Of a stretch of 64,000 nt of DNA, positions 44,331-54,103 are shown in pieces. Each line of letters starts with the position of its first letter. The first letter of the stretch is position 1. The notes below the pieces were generated by a model that was not told the origin of the DNA, searched no databases, and saw nothing but the letters and a program-made list of their open reading frames with translations. Source of the DNA: Candidatus Thorarchaeota archaeon (lineage in GTDB: Archaea > Asgardarchaeota > Thorarchaeia > Thorarchaeales > Thorarchaeaceae); the NCBI GenBank assembly GCA_038893995.1, contig JAWAQK010000002.1:45367-109366 (forward strand). The letters run 5' to 3'. Both the position numbers and the translations under genes were made by a program.

Positions 44331-46274
44331 ATGAACGTCAAGCAGTTCTCCCATCTGGACTTCTTTCCCTATTTGGATCCCCGAACTGGTCAGGTCGAAT
44401 TGATGAAGGCAATCGAGAACGCAGTCAGAGATGGGAAGGACCTATGCTGTGAAGCCCCAAATGGATTTGGAAAGACCTGTGTGACCCTGTGTGGTGTTCT
44501 CCCGTGGGTCAAGGAGAACGATGCTAGAGTGCTCTATTGTGCCCGGACTCACACACAACTGGACCGTGTTGTGGAAGAAGTCAAGTCGATATGCGCGAAG
44601 CAGGGCGTGAGTGCAATCTCTTTCAGAGGCCGGCAACATATGTGCCTCAACAAGTACGCATTGCAGTTCTTTGATGGAGCAAGTGTCGGCGACATTTGCA
44701 CTGAGTTACGGTCAGAATCACGATGTCCATTCTACGACAAGAGCCGCCTTACATGGGCAGCTGACAGTATCCGCAGTAGCCATGAGACAGCTTGTCTGAC
44801 GGCATCAGAGATTGTAGCTTTTGGGAGCAATCACGACACTTGTCCATATGAGATTGCCAAGGAACTTGTCAAGAACACGGATGTTATTGCTCTATCCTAC
44901 CTCTATGTCCTCGACCCTTTCATTGCTGAGACCTTCATGGTCGAACTTGACATTCCTGCATCGAGGTTGGTTCTGATACTTGATGAGGCTCACAATGTGC
45001 CCAGTACCGCGCTGGAGTCTGCGAGTGATTCGCTTAGTGTCGGCAGTGTGAAGGCTGCCATCCAGGAGTCAAGTACATACGATGACGCAGTTGCGGGGGA
45101 CATCTGCAGAAGACTGGCCAGAATCATGATAGACACGTCATCTGCGATGGATGTCGGGGAGATGATAGTTGACCCGCAGCTGATCTACGATCAGATCATG
45201 CCACATTCCGCTGATGGGTCTGAATTGGACCCGCTGACTCACCTGACAGACCTTGGACTAGCAATAAGGAAAAGGGAGTTGAGAAACAACCGTGCCCCTC
45301 GTTCATCGGTGTACAGAGTCGCAAGTTTCCTGACGAAGTGGGTGGCGGCAATCGAGAAGGGGGGTTATGGTTTCACAATTTCTTCAAGTCGCTCTTCTCA
45401 AGAGGGCGCGCAGACGGCACTCAACCTCATTGCGCTCGACCCCACCTCGGTAACGCTGCCAGTCTTGAGGCGTGTGAGGTGTACGGTGGCCGTTTCAGGG
45501 ACTCTGTCCCCAGTTGAGTCCTATCGTGAGATGCTCGGTCTTGGTTCTCGGTGTATCACTATGACGTTTGGAAGTCCATTCTCCCGCGAAAGACGAATGT
45601 GCATAGTTGTAGATGGCATTGACACCTCATATGAACACAGGCAAGAGTCACTCTACGAACGATTGGCGGAACATTGTGCTTCTGTCGCGAATGCGACCCC
45701 CGGAAACACAGGGGTGTTCACGTCAAGCTATCAGATCCTAGAATCTCTCCTTACGGCTGGTCTCTCCAGGAGAGTAGATCGGAAACTGTTTGTGGAGAAT
45801 CAGAAACTGGGTGGTCGGGACAACGATAGGCTAGTGGATGAATTCAAGAAGCTTGGATCCATGGGTGGTGCAGTCCTCCTCGGAGTTCAAGGAGGACGAA
45901 ATTCGGAGGGCGGCGACTTTCCAGGTCCCTCCATGGAGAGCGTAGTGGTAGTGGGCGTCCCTTACGCCAAACCAAATCCACGGACTGATCTGCTCATCGA
46001 GTACTTTGACACTCGATTTGAGGGGCGTGGCAGAGAATATGCCTATGTGATCCCCGCGATGACTCGATCAGTCCAGGCAGCAGGAAGGCCGATCAGAAGA
46101 GACACAGACAGAGGTGTAATTGTGTTTCTCGACAGGAGATTTGGGACTGACTATCTCAAGCGGTTCATGCCGATGTGGCTTAGAGAGGTGCTCGTTCATG
46201 CTCCAGACGACCCTGATACAGTCTATCAGATGGTCAGAGAATTCTTCAGTCGGGTTCGTCCAGTAGATCACTGA
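44331..46274 (+). CDS. xpd: XPD/Rad3-family Fe-S DNA helicase
   Basis: APNGFGKT, four Fe-S Cys, DEAH, SGTLSP, SEGGDF, GVPY, QAAGRPIR. Confidence 0.93.
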   Translation: MNVKQFSHLDFFPYLDPRTGQVELMKAIENAVRDGKDLCCEAPNGFGKTCVTLCGVLPWVKENDARVLYCARTHTQLDRVVEEVKSICAKQGVSAISFRGRQHMCLNKYALQFFDGASVGDICTELRSESRCPFYDKSRLTWAADSIRSSHETACLTASEIVAFGSNHDTCPYEIAKELVKNTDVIALSYLYVLDPFIAETFMVELDIPASRLVLILDEAHNVPSTALESASDSLSVGSVKAAIQESSTYDDAVAGDICRRLARIMIDTSSAMDVGEMIVDPQLIYDQIMPHSADGSELDPLTHLTDLGLAIRKRELRNNRAPRSSVYRVASFLTKWVAAIEKGGYGFTISSSRSSQEGAQTALNLIALDPTSVTLPVLRRVRCTVAVSGTLSPVESYREMLGLGSRCITMTFGSPFSRERRMCIVVDGIDTSYEHRQESLYERLAEHCASVANATPGNTGVFTSSYQILESLLTAGLSRRVDRKLFVENQKLGGRDNDRLVDEFKKLGSMGGAVLLGVQGGRNSEGGDFPGPSMESVVVVGVPYAKPNPRTDLLIEYFDTRFEGRGREYAYVIPAMTRSVQAAGRPIRRDTDRGVIVFLDRRFGTDYLKRFMPMWLREVLVHAPDDPDTVYQMVREFFSRVRPVDH

Positions 46275-47004
46275 GTAACTTATGTCCCTCTACTATTGCC
46301 CTTGCATCCTCATTAGACAGGTGCCCCTTACCCTGTGTCAAGTAGGTATGAAGTCGTCTGATCGATTCCAGGTTTCCACTTCGGGTTGACACAACATAGT
46401 CGTTTCCACTCACACTTCGGCCTGTACGGTTTGCGATGAGGACCGCTGATGAAGAATCTGCCCCAGGTCCCACTGAAACGCTGGTGTTGCATTCGTTTAC
46501 TATCTCTATGAGCGCCGTTTCTACATCCGATACCTCTCTGAGATACATCACTGCAAAAAGCTTGGAGCCCGTACCAATTCTGATCATTGTTCTACACATT
46601 GGAAACCTGCTCATGAGGTACTTGATCCAGTGCTTGGTTGTAGTAGCTGCGTCTGGGGGAGAGACTGCAGTGTGTTTCAGTATGACTGCCCTGTCTATCA
46701 CCAAGGCGAGTCCGAACCTCATTCCAGGATCAACCCCGATGACTATGGTGGATGGTGTCGATATCCCCCTCAACCTAAGCAGTATCTCCAACATCGTGAT
46801 CTGGTCGTCGTTGTTCATGATCACGGTCCTGGGGTCCTGTTCCGAGGTTTCAACGTCATCTGTGAGAATGACTTGAGCATTCTGAAGTGCGGGGTCCTCC
46901 TGATCACAGACCGCGAAACTCACATCCATCTGCTTCAGTAGAGCAACCGCCCTGTAAAGGCTCCTGGGGTCTCTCGTCACAACGGCTACGTCTACTCTGA
47001 ACAA
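46246..47004 (-). CDS. Hypothetical protein with RNase H-fold (YqgF/RuvC-like) domain
   Basis: VIGVDPGMRFGLAL, RIGTG, VNE..TS, D..SAVLIA. Confidence 0.65.
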   Translation of the reverse strand: MFRVDVAVVTRDPRSLYRAVALLKQMDVSFAVCDQEDPALQNAQVILTDDVETSEQDPRTVIMNNDDQITMLEILLRLRGISTPSTIVIGVDPGMRFGLALVIDRAVILKHTAVSPPDAATTTKHWIKYLMSRFPMCRTMIRIGTGSKLFAVMYLREVSDVETALIEIVNECNTSVSVGPGADSSSAVLIANRTGRSVSGNDYVVSTRSGNLESIRRLHTYLTQGKGHLSNEDARAIVEGHKLLSDLLDEPD

Positions 47005-47053
47005 GGCAGAACCCCTTTTCAGCTATCCTTATCACTCATGCCTGATAAGACAG

Positions 47054-47755
47054 ATGTCAATGCCCAATTTGACTCTTCCGTCAGGTATACAGTCTTTGGA
47101 TGAGCTGTTCGACGGAGGCCTTCCCTTCGGAAAGATCACTCATGTTTTCGGCGAAGCAGCGTCAGGTAAGACGACGCTGGCACTGCAGTTTGTGAGCTCA
47201 GCATATACCTCCCATATCAAGAGTGTGATTGTATATACTGAACCATCTTCTCCCATTGAGCGACTAGAACAGATTACTGGACGCAGATATGAAGATCTTC
47301 AAGACATGGTCCTCCTGCTTGTTCCCAAGGACTTTCAACAACAGGGCATCGTGGTTGACGACTTGGAACTATACGCTGCTGACAGAAGGCTGATCGTTGT
47401 CGACACACTGACTCGCCTGTATCGGGTTGCTCTGAGCGACAAGGAATCTACATATGCTGCTCACAGGGAACTCAACCGACAGGTGGGCATGCTGAAGGGG
47501 CTTGCAAGATATCATGGGACTGCCGTTCTAGTACTAAACCAGGTGCGAGCTCGTATGGGGGATGAGAACGACTTTGAACCTGTTGCCAGAAGCATAATGG
47601 AGTACTGGGAAGATCTCAGTGTCAAGATGCACATGGGTGCTTTACCTGGCGAGAGAATTATAGAGCGCCTGATCCCCAAGACCAATAACTGTACTCGTCG
47701 TCTGGCTCTGACATCCCGAGGACTGCAAGACATGGCAGACGCATACAAACAGTGA
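47054..47755 (+). CDS. radB: RadB-like RecA-family ATPase
   Basis: LDELFDGG, GEAASGKT, LIVVD, VLNQV; no N-terminal HhH domain. Confidence 0.85.
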   Translation: MSMPNLTLPSGIQSLDELFDGGLPFGKITHVFGEAASGKTTLALQFVSSAYTSHIKSVIVYTEPSSPIERLEQITGRRYEDLQDMVLLLVPKDFQQQGIVVDDLELYAADRRLIVVDTLTRLYRVALSDKESTYAAHRELNRQVGMLKGLARYHGTAVLVLNQVRARMGDENDFEPVARSIMEYWEDLSVKMHMGALPGERIIERLIPKTNNCTRRLALTSRGLQDMADAYKQ

Positions 47756-47782
47756 AATGCAAGCTGATGGTGACTAGTCACA

Positions 47783-48343
47783 ATGTACGACTTCTTGGCG
47801 CTACTCGGGTTATCTGTGTGGTTTGGCCTTCCTGCATGGATTGCCAATGCGGCGCCCGTGGTTTTCGGAGGAGGTAGACCAATCGATGGTGGTCGTCTAT
47901 TCATCGACGGGAAGCGGCTCTTTGGAGATGGAAAGACTGTGCGCGGATTCGTTTCAGGAGTACTCATGGGAACCATGACTGGCACTGTGGAACACATGTT
48001 GGCCCCGTACCTGAAACCACTCATAGAGTCATATGTCTCATTCAGTGCTGACATGGAGCAGCTGCTATTCATGACTATTCCCGTGGCTGCTTCCCTGTCC
48101 GTGGGTGCCCTGCTTGGTGACCTATTTGGATCCTTCCTCAAGAGGAGGTTTGGCATTGTCAGCGGCGGTCCTGCGCCTCTCTTGGACCAGATTGGATTTC
48201 TGATAGTTGCGTTAATTCTATCATCTGTATTCATTGAGCCATCACCAGTATACGTACAGCTTCTGGTACTGCTTACTGTGCTTGCACACTGGATCTCCAA
48301 TATGGGGGGCTATCTGCTGGGGATCAAGAAGCATCCCTGGTGA
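47783..48343 (+). CDS. carS: CDP-archaeol synthase
   Basis: PAWIANAAP, PIDGG, GDGKTVRG, GDLFGSFLKRR, LDQ, KKHPW. Confidence 0.95.
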   Translation: MYDFLALLGLSVWFGLPAWIANAAPVVFGGGRPIDGGRLFIDGKRLFGDGKTVRGFVSGVLMGTMTGTVEHMLAPYLKPLIESYVSFSADMEQLLFMTIPVAASLSVGALLGDLFGSFLKRRFGIVSGGPAPLLDQIGFLIVALILSSVFIEPSPVYVQLLVLLTVLAHWISNMGGYLLGIKKHPW

Positions 48344-48497
48344 CGGACCGAAACAGTAACTCCGACCGTGCGGCCTCTAATGATCTCGTAGACAAGGATG
48401 GCATACTAGAACAACAACACAGGTTTCAGTTGCTGCAAAGCACTTTTCTAGCACAACACCAAAACCTCTATAAACATGGCCTAGACATTGAACCTCA

Positions 48498-48634
48498 GGG
48501 CCAGTGGCTCAGCTAGGTAGAGCGACAGGCTCTTAGTTCTCAGCCTCTACATACTGGATTGAGACACTTGTACGTCGGGGGTTCGATCATGCTGAGCATA
48601 GCTCTGCATGGAACACATCCCCCCTGGCCCGCCA
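48498..48634 (+). tRNA. tRNA-Lys(CTT) with two introns (37/38: 48536-48565; 58/59: 48587-48616)
   Basis: Removing two 30-nt segments gives a 77-nt cloverleaf: GGGCCAG/CTGGCCC, ACAGG-CTCTTAA-CTTGT, GGGGG-TTCGAAT-CCCCC, 3' GCCA; the second intron forms a strict bulge-helix-bulge. Confidence 0.9.
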
Positions 48635-48987
48635 TTTGTCAGAGAAAAGACTATGATATCCTTGCGTTTCCTTCGGCGATTACGTCCGAACAGGTATAGC
48701 TGTACCGAGTTCTTCAGTAACAGGACTGTTGATGCGCAATCCATTTTGCCCCTTGGTCTTTGTACTGGAACCGCTGTACGGGTGGCCAGGTCTTCTCGTT
48801 ACTCAAGTCTTGTGTACGATGTCTATGGGTCCCTCAAAGGCCGAGATCGTACTCATCTCATCGGTAGCCATAACCCCCTGACTGATCTGTGACCATTCCG
48901 ATCCTTATATCAGTGACATATCATCCTGGCTTCCTCTGCGTGTGCTACGAATGACTCTCTCCCGAGGCACCTCTCCTACGTAGATCA

Positions 48988-49043
48988 AACAGGTCATGCT
49001 CGGCTCGGACCGTTGTTCCAGCGTCCGGTAGCCATGACCTGTT
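48988..49043. repeat. Inverted repeat (hairpin) downstream of tfrB
   Basis: AACAGGTCATG/CATGACCTGTT (11 bp perfect) plus inner CGGAC/GTCCG. Confidence 0.7.
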
Positions 49044-49078
49044 CTTGCCGATCTTCTAGACCCGTGATTCATTTTTCT

Positions 49079-50644
49079 TCATGAGGAGCTATCTCCCTTT
49101 CTGTAGGACTCTGCTAGTAGGTCTGGAATGTACTTGGTTTCTATCTCGGTTCCTTTCAGTATGTCGCTGATCTGAATCGTACAGAATGGACACTCAGTGG
49201 CCACCATGTCAGCCCCGGTGGCCTCGATGTACTCCCTCTTCGTAGTTGCAATCTTCTGTGAGAGTTCGCGTTTTCCTGCTCGAACTCCCCCGCCTGCGCC
49301 GCAGCATCTGTTTCTGTAGGGATCCTCTATGTACTGGAGCCCCGGTATCAGTTTCAGTAGTTCGACGGGTTGATTCACAACTCCCTGCCCACGGCCGAGA
49401 TGGCATGGCTCGTGGTAAGTCACTCTCCTTCTGATCTCTCCCTGAGGTTTAACGATGTTCTCCTTGCCAATCACATCCAACATGTACTCAGCAAGGTCGT
49501 AGACCTTGAACTTGGGTGGCTCGCCACGCTCCTCTTCTATCATCGGTCTATGATCCTCTCTGAGGGTCTTCCCACACCCTGCGCATGCCACAACTACTGT
49601 ATCGAGATTGTATTTCTTCATCACATCCTCGAATATCTCTGTGACCCGTTTGGCGGCAGCCCTTGCGGTGTGAAGGTCTCCTGTCCTGAATGCTGGACTT
49701 GCACAGCACCATTGTTCCTTGGGCACCACCACATCAATGCGGTTTCGATTCAGTACCTCGATCAGTGCCCTGCCAGTTTGCTGCATCCTGTAGTCAATGA
49801 GGCATCCTGTGAAGAACGCCACTCTTCCCCTCGGGTTCTTCACGAAGAAGGTCTCCGTTTCGATACTCTTCAATAGTGGTGGTTCTTTCTCGGGTACCGA
49901 ACGTCCAGTGGCATTGATTGAATCTATGAATCCCTGCTGTCCCTCCGCAAGCTTATAGCCTGCCTCGACGGCCTTCGCGCGAAGTAACTCCACAGCAAGA
50001 CTGGGTATCTTGATACGCTTCGGACAGATATCCTCGCACATCTTACACGTGGTGCAGGAATACACTGACTCGTTGATCGCCATGGCGACACGGTCTTCAA
50101 CATCCCTCGGGTCGAGTTCAAGTCGTGCAATCTGTCTTATGATCATCGGACCAGGGTAATCCCATGTTTCATGCACAATGGGGCAGTTTGATAGACAGGC
50201 ACTACATTCTATGCACTTACGGATTTCCCTGAGCTTCTCTATCTCTTCAGAGTGGATTATCTCTGGTCTCTGAGGTGGCCTGTCCCTCGCCACATAGGGC
50301 CGAATCCTTCGTATTCTGTATGTCACCTGTGAGATGTCCACCACTAGGTCTTTGATGATGGGCATTTTTTCCAGAGGTTCAAGTCTGAGAGGTCGAGATG
50401 AGTCGATCTTTGTCCTGCATGCTATCCTTGCGGTACCGTTGACTCTGACGGCGCATGATCCGCACTGTCCACTTCTACACTCCCATCGAAATGCAAGCCC
50501 TGAGTCGTACTTATCTTGGATGTAGAGAAGTGCATCCAAAACAGTCATCCCGTCGATGTACTCAACATCAAAGTCTTCGAAGTATGGCTCGACATCTGTG
50601 TCAGGATTGTACCTTTGAACACTCACTTTGATTGTCTTAGTCAA
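49079..50644 (-). CDS. tfrB: Fumarate reductase Fe-S subunit fused to two CCG domains (TfrB-like)
   Basis: CRSGQCGSC, CIECSACLSNCP, CTTCKMCEDICP, then FTGC..WCCA..ACAGC and HEPCH..CCGAGG..ECPFC; TTG at 50644 after GAGGAGG. Confidence 0.85.
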   Translation of the reverse strand: MTKTIKVSVQRYNPDTDVEPYFEDFDVEYIDGMTVLDALLYIQDKYDSGLAFRWECRSGQCGSCAVRVNGTARIACRTKIDSSRPLRLEPLEKMPIIKDLVVDISQVTYRIRRIRPYVARDRPPQRPEIIHSEEIEKLREIRKCIECSACLSNCPIVHETWDYPGPMIIRQIARLELDPRDVEDRVAMAINESVYSCTTCKMCEDICPKRIKIPSLAVELLRAKAVEAGYKLAEGQQGFIDSINATGRSVPEKEPPLLKSIETETFFVKNPRGRVAFFTGCLIDYRMQQTGRALIEVLNRNRIDVVVPKEQWCCASPAFRTGDLHTARAAAKRVTEIFEDVMKKYNLDTVVVACAGCGKTLREDHRPMIEEERGEPPKFKVYDLAEYMLDVIGKENIVKPQGEIRRRVTYHEPCHLGRGQGVVNQPVELLKLIPGLQYIEDPYRNRCCGAGGGVRAGKRELSQKIATTKREYIEATGADMVATECPFCTIQISDILKGTEIETKYIPDLLAESYRKGDSSS

Positions 50645-50657
50645 CCTGTAGACCTCC

Positions 50658-52346
50658 TCACGGTGGAACAATCTTTGTTATCACCAAGTTCTCCTTTCTC
50701 AGTTCCATGTTCCCGTCCTTTCCCTTCCGAATGACGATGTTGTAGTATCCCTTATCGTTAGGGTCTGCATCTGTTCTGAAGTGAGCACCTCTGCTACCCT
50801 TTCGCATGAGTGCCGCTTCTGTGACCATCCTCGCAGTGATGACCATATGAGGGAACTCGATGGCCTGGTGCCATCCTGGATTGAACCGTTTGACGGGCTT
50901 GTCAACCTTGATTCTCGGTACTACATCCCTCTCGATCTCTCTCAGTCTCTTTGCGGCGGCCTGTAGGTCCTTCTCGTTCCTAAATATCTGTACCTTCTCC
51001 CACATGAGTGTCTGAAGCTCTTCTCGTGCGTCTGCAGGGGAGACACCCTCACTGCGTTGTAGCATCGACTCAAGCCTCTCGAACTCCTGGAGGATCGTCT
51101 TCTGGTCAATACCTGCAAGCTTGTTTTGCTTTGCAAACCTAGCTGCACTTGCGCCCGCTATGGCCCCAAACACCTGCGTATCAGCCAGAGCGTTACCCCC
51201 AAGGCGATTTCCGCCATGAACACCTCCTGTGCATTCACCGGCCGCGAACAGGCCCGGGATGTTAGTGGCCGCATTCTCATCAATCTTTATTCCCCCCATG
51301 AAATGGTGTGCAGTAGGTGCTACCTCCATGGGTTCGTTCCGGATATCCACACCTGCATCTTCAAACTGCTCCAGCATGCTCTCTAGCCGATGTTCTATTA
51401 TCCACGCTGGAAGGTGGGCCACACTCAAATACACTCCGCCGTGTTCAGTGCCCTGACCCTGAAGTACCTCTGTCATTATTGCCCTCGTCACTTGATCCCG
51501 CCCCGCCAATTCCATTACATCGGGGTGGTACTTGTTCATGAACCGTTCTCCATTCTTATTGAGTAGGATTCCACCCTCACCACGCACTGCTTCAGTGACA
51601 AGCTTTCCAACTGCGGATGGGGGCCACACCATTCCTGTTGGATGAAACTGAACATGTTCCATGTCCACTAGTTCGCAACCCGCGTCGTATGCCATTGCGT
51701 AGCCATCGCCAACGTCCAGCTGAGCATTGCTTGTGACCTTGTAGATTCGCCCAGCTCCGCCCGTCGCCATTATGACGGCCTTTGCGCGAAAAACGAGATA
51801 GTCGCCGTACTTCAGGTCGATAGCACATACGCCAGATATTCTACCCTCGTTGACGAGAAGCTTGGTCGCAAACACTTCGTCGAAGACTCTGACTGATGTC
51901 TTTCTGATTGCCTCTGTAAGCGTTACCATGATCTCGGATCCGGTTCTGTCAGAGGCGTAGGCGGTCCTCCGGTATGTCTGTTTCCCAAAAGGTCTCTGTG
52001 CAATCTTCCCCTCTGGGGTTCGATCGAAGACGGCGCCCATCTCTTCAAGGTCGTATATTCTCTCGGGGGCGTCACGTACCAGGATCTCCACAAGTTTCTG
52101 ATTGTTTAGATAGTTGCCACCCACAATCGTGTCCTTGAAGTGCACATCCGGATTGTCCTCAGGGTCTACGTTGCCAATTGCAACATTGTAGCCTCCCTCG
52201 GCCATTGCGGTGTGCGCCTTTCCAAGTAGCTCCTTGCTCAGTAGTATGACATCCAGGTTGTACTTTGCCGCCTCTATTGCAGCGCGACAGCCAGCACCAC
52301 CAGCACCGACTACCAAGACATCACAAGTGAACGTCTTGTACTCCAA
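50658..52346 (-). CDS. tfrA: Fumarate reductase/succinate dehydrogenase flavoprotein (TfrA-like)
   Basis: GAGGAG, AHTAMAEGG, QFHPT, TEAVRGEGG, AHHFMGG, HGGNRLGGNAL, SRGAH. Confidence 0.88.
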   Translation of the reverse strand: MEYKTFTCDVLVVGAGGAGCRAAIEAAKYNLDVILLSKELLGKAHTAMAEGGYNVAIGNVDPEDNPDVHFKDTIVGGNYLNNQKLVEILVRDAPERIYDLEEMGAVFDRTPEGKIAQRPFGKQTYRRTAYASDRTGSEIMVTLTEAIRKTSVRVFDEVFATKLLVNEGRISGVCAIDLKYGDYLVFRAKAVIMATGGAGRIYKVTSNAQLDVGDGYAMAYDAGCELVDMEHVQFHPTGMVWPPSAVGKLVTEAVRGEGGILLNKNGERFMNKYHPDVMELAGRDQVTRAIMTEVLQGQGTEHGGVYLSVAHLPAWIIEHRLESMLEQFEDAGVDIRNEPMEVAPTAHHFMGGIKIDENAATNIPGLFAAGECTGGVHGGNRLGGNALADTQVFGAIAGASAARFAKQNKLAGIDQKTILQEFERLESMLQRSEGVSPADAREELQTLMWEKVQIFRNEKDLQAAAKRLREIERDVVPRIKVDKPVKRFNPGWHQAIEFPHMVITARMVTEAALMRKGSRGAHFRTDADPNDKGYYNIVIRKGKDGNMELRKENLVITKIVPP

Positions 52347-52430
52347 CTCAAGTCCTCCGCTTGGTCGTACCGTGGACGATGACCTGGGCTACAACATCCC
52401 GCTTAAAGCCATTGCTACGTACACAGGCGT

Positions 52431-52475
52431 ACGACCCCTTCTCTGGTAGGCCGGGCCGAATGTGGAAGGGGTCGT
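52431..52475. repeat. Inverted repeat (hairpin) downstream of the fumarase beta gene
   Basis: ACGACCCCTTC/GAAGGGGTCGT (11 bp perfect). Confidence 0.7.
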
Positions 52476-52511
52476 TCTAGTCCTTGCTCTCTGAAGTAAG
52501 GGATGTGCTAC

Positions 52512-53129
52512 CTACTCCTTGATCCCAATGAGTGAATAGACGTGCGCCTTCCTTGTAGCCACACTCTTGGCCATTTCCTCATGCATACTGTTGCCATGCG
52601 AATCCATTGTGACCAGGAGAGGACCGAACTCCTCCGCTGTGATCACCCATAGCGCTTCAGGCATGCCCAAGTCCTGCCACTCGTATGCCCTGACTTCCTT
52701 GAGTCCCTTCGCCGCAAGTGCGCCACATCCCCCGGTATAGCTACAGTACACCGCCCCCACCTCTTTCAGTGCTGCGAGCGTGCGTGGGCCCATACCCCCC
52801 TTGCCCACTATTATCCGTGCCTTGTACGTTCTCAGAAACTCATCCTCGAAGAGTTCCATTCGTGTGCTAGTAGTCGGTCCAGCTGCGACTATCTGCCACT
52901 TGCCCTCCTTCTGCATTACCACCGGTCCGACATGATAGATGACGCCTCCCTCAAAATCAACGGGCGGCCTCTCACCTCTCCTGGCGAGCTCTAGTGCTCG
53001 TTGATGTGCCTCGTCCCTCGCAGTGTAGACGTGCTCTCCGCTGACATACAGAACATCTCCGACCTTGAGCTTCCTCACATCGGTTTCACTGATCGGTGTC
53101 CTCAAGTGATATTCTGCCAACCTAGTCAC
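52512..53129 (-). CDS. Fe-S fumarate hydratase (class I) beta subunit
   Basis: TARDEAH, AGPTTSTRM, GKGGM, LGMPEA, MDSHG. Confidence 0.93.
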   Translation of the reverse strand: MTRLAEYHLRTPISETDVRKLKVGDVLYVSGEHVYTARDEAHQRALELARRGERPPVDFEGGVIYHVGPVVMQKEGKWQIVAAGPTTSTRMELFEDEFLRTYKARIIVGKGGMGPRTLAALKEVGAVYCSYTGGCGALAAKGLKEVRAYEWQDLGMPEALWVITAEEFGPLLVTMDSHGNSMHEEMAKSVATRKAHVYSLIGIKE

Positions 53130-54012
53130 CTCCGATGGGATGCGTTAGGTACTCTACGTCCAGTCCTCTTGAGATTATCGCCGTGCTTCTTCGGGCAGCC
53201 CAGCACTGAACAGCAACGCCAACTGGTAGACTTGCAGGATGTCTCATGGCATAGTCCACCTTGACGCCTAGTACAGTAGTCTGTCCTCCGAGCCCCATGG
53301 GACCAATTCCAGTGCTATTCAGTGCCTCGGTAAGTTCTCTCTCAATCCTGGCCACCTCGGGGTCCGGGTGGCTATCCCAGAGAGGTCTCAAGAGCTGTTG
53401 CTTGGCTATCTTGATCGCTATGTCTGCACCTCCCCCTATTCCCACTCCTATGATATTCGGAGCGCAGGCCTCACCCATATACTTCATGGCATTGTCCACG
53501 ACCAACTTCTTGACACCCGCTAGTCCGACCCCGGGTTTGAGCATTCCCACTATGCTGACATTCTCACTGCCCCCTCCCTTGGGGAACACTGTAATCTCAA
53601 GAGAGTCGCCGGGGACGATGTCCCAGTTGATCCACGGGATCTTCTCTCCTGTGTTGTCACCCGAGTTACCGCCAGCAATGGGATTCACGGCGTTAGGCCG
53701 TAGTGGAACCTCCCTAGTGGCCCTCCTTGTTGCTTGCACTAGTGCATCTCTTATCTCGCCTATATGGGGGAACCTGTCACCGACCTTGACGTAGAATATC
53801 ATGATTCCCGTGTCCTGGCAGATTGGCACCCCTGATGCTGCAATCTCAAGGTTCCTGATTATGGCTCCAAGTTGGGTCCTTGCAGTATCGCTCGTTTCAC
53901 GCTCATATGCGGCCCTCAGCGCTTGCTCAACATCAGATGGTAGCTTGACTGCTGCGACTTTGAGGAGTCGAAATGCAGTGTCCTCGATTACCTGCGCCGG
54001 ATCTTTCAACAC
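53122..54012 (-). CDS. Fe-S fumarate hydratase (class I) alpha subunit
   Basis: PICQDTG, PKGGGSEN, ACAP, GIGPMGLGG, HPASLP, CWAAR. Confidence 0.93.
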   Translation of the reverse strand: MLKDPAQVIEDTAFRLLKVAAVKLPSDVEQALRAAYERETSDTARTQLGAIIRNLEIAASGVPICQDTGIMIFYVKVGDRFPHIGEIRDALVQATRRATREVPLRPNAVNPIAGGNSGDNTGEKIPWINWDIVPGDSLEITVFPKGGGSENVSIVGMLKPGVGLAGVKKLVVDNAMKYMGEACAPNIIGVGIGGGADIAIKIAKQQLLRPLWDSHPDPEVARIERELTEALNSTGIGPMGLGGQTTVLGVKVDYAMRHPASLPVGVAVQCWAARRSTAIISRGLDVEYLTHPIGGD

Positions 54013-54103
54013 AAGTCACACTCCTTGTTTCTGGGTTGCATCCACCTAAGCAAGGCAGGTCCGAGAAGGAACTAATCTATATTGCTATCGTGCGAAAATA
54101 GTC

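Noticed and set aside
47512-48300. 262-aa minus-strand ORF
   Set aside because: Antisense to radB and carS, which have clear motifs
48547-48892. ORFs 48547-48744 (-) and 48608-48892 (+)
   Set aside because: Overlap the intron-containing tRNA-Lys and have no recognisable motifs
48988-49043. Hairpin after tfrB as a SECIS element
   Set aside because: No AUGA/GA core or GAA/A motif, and tfrAB contain no in-frame UGA
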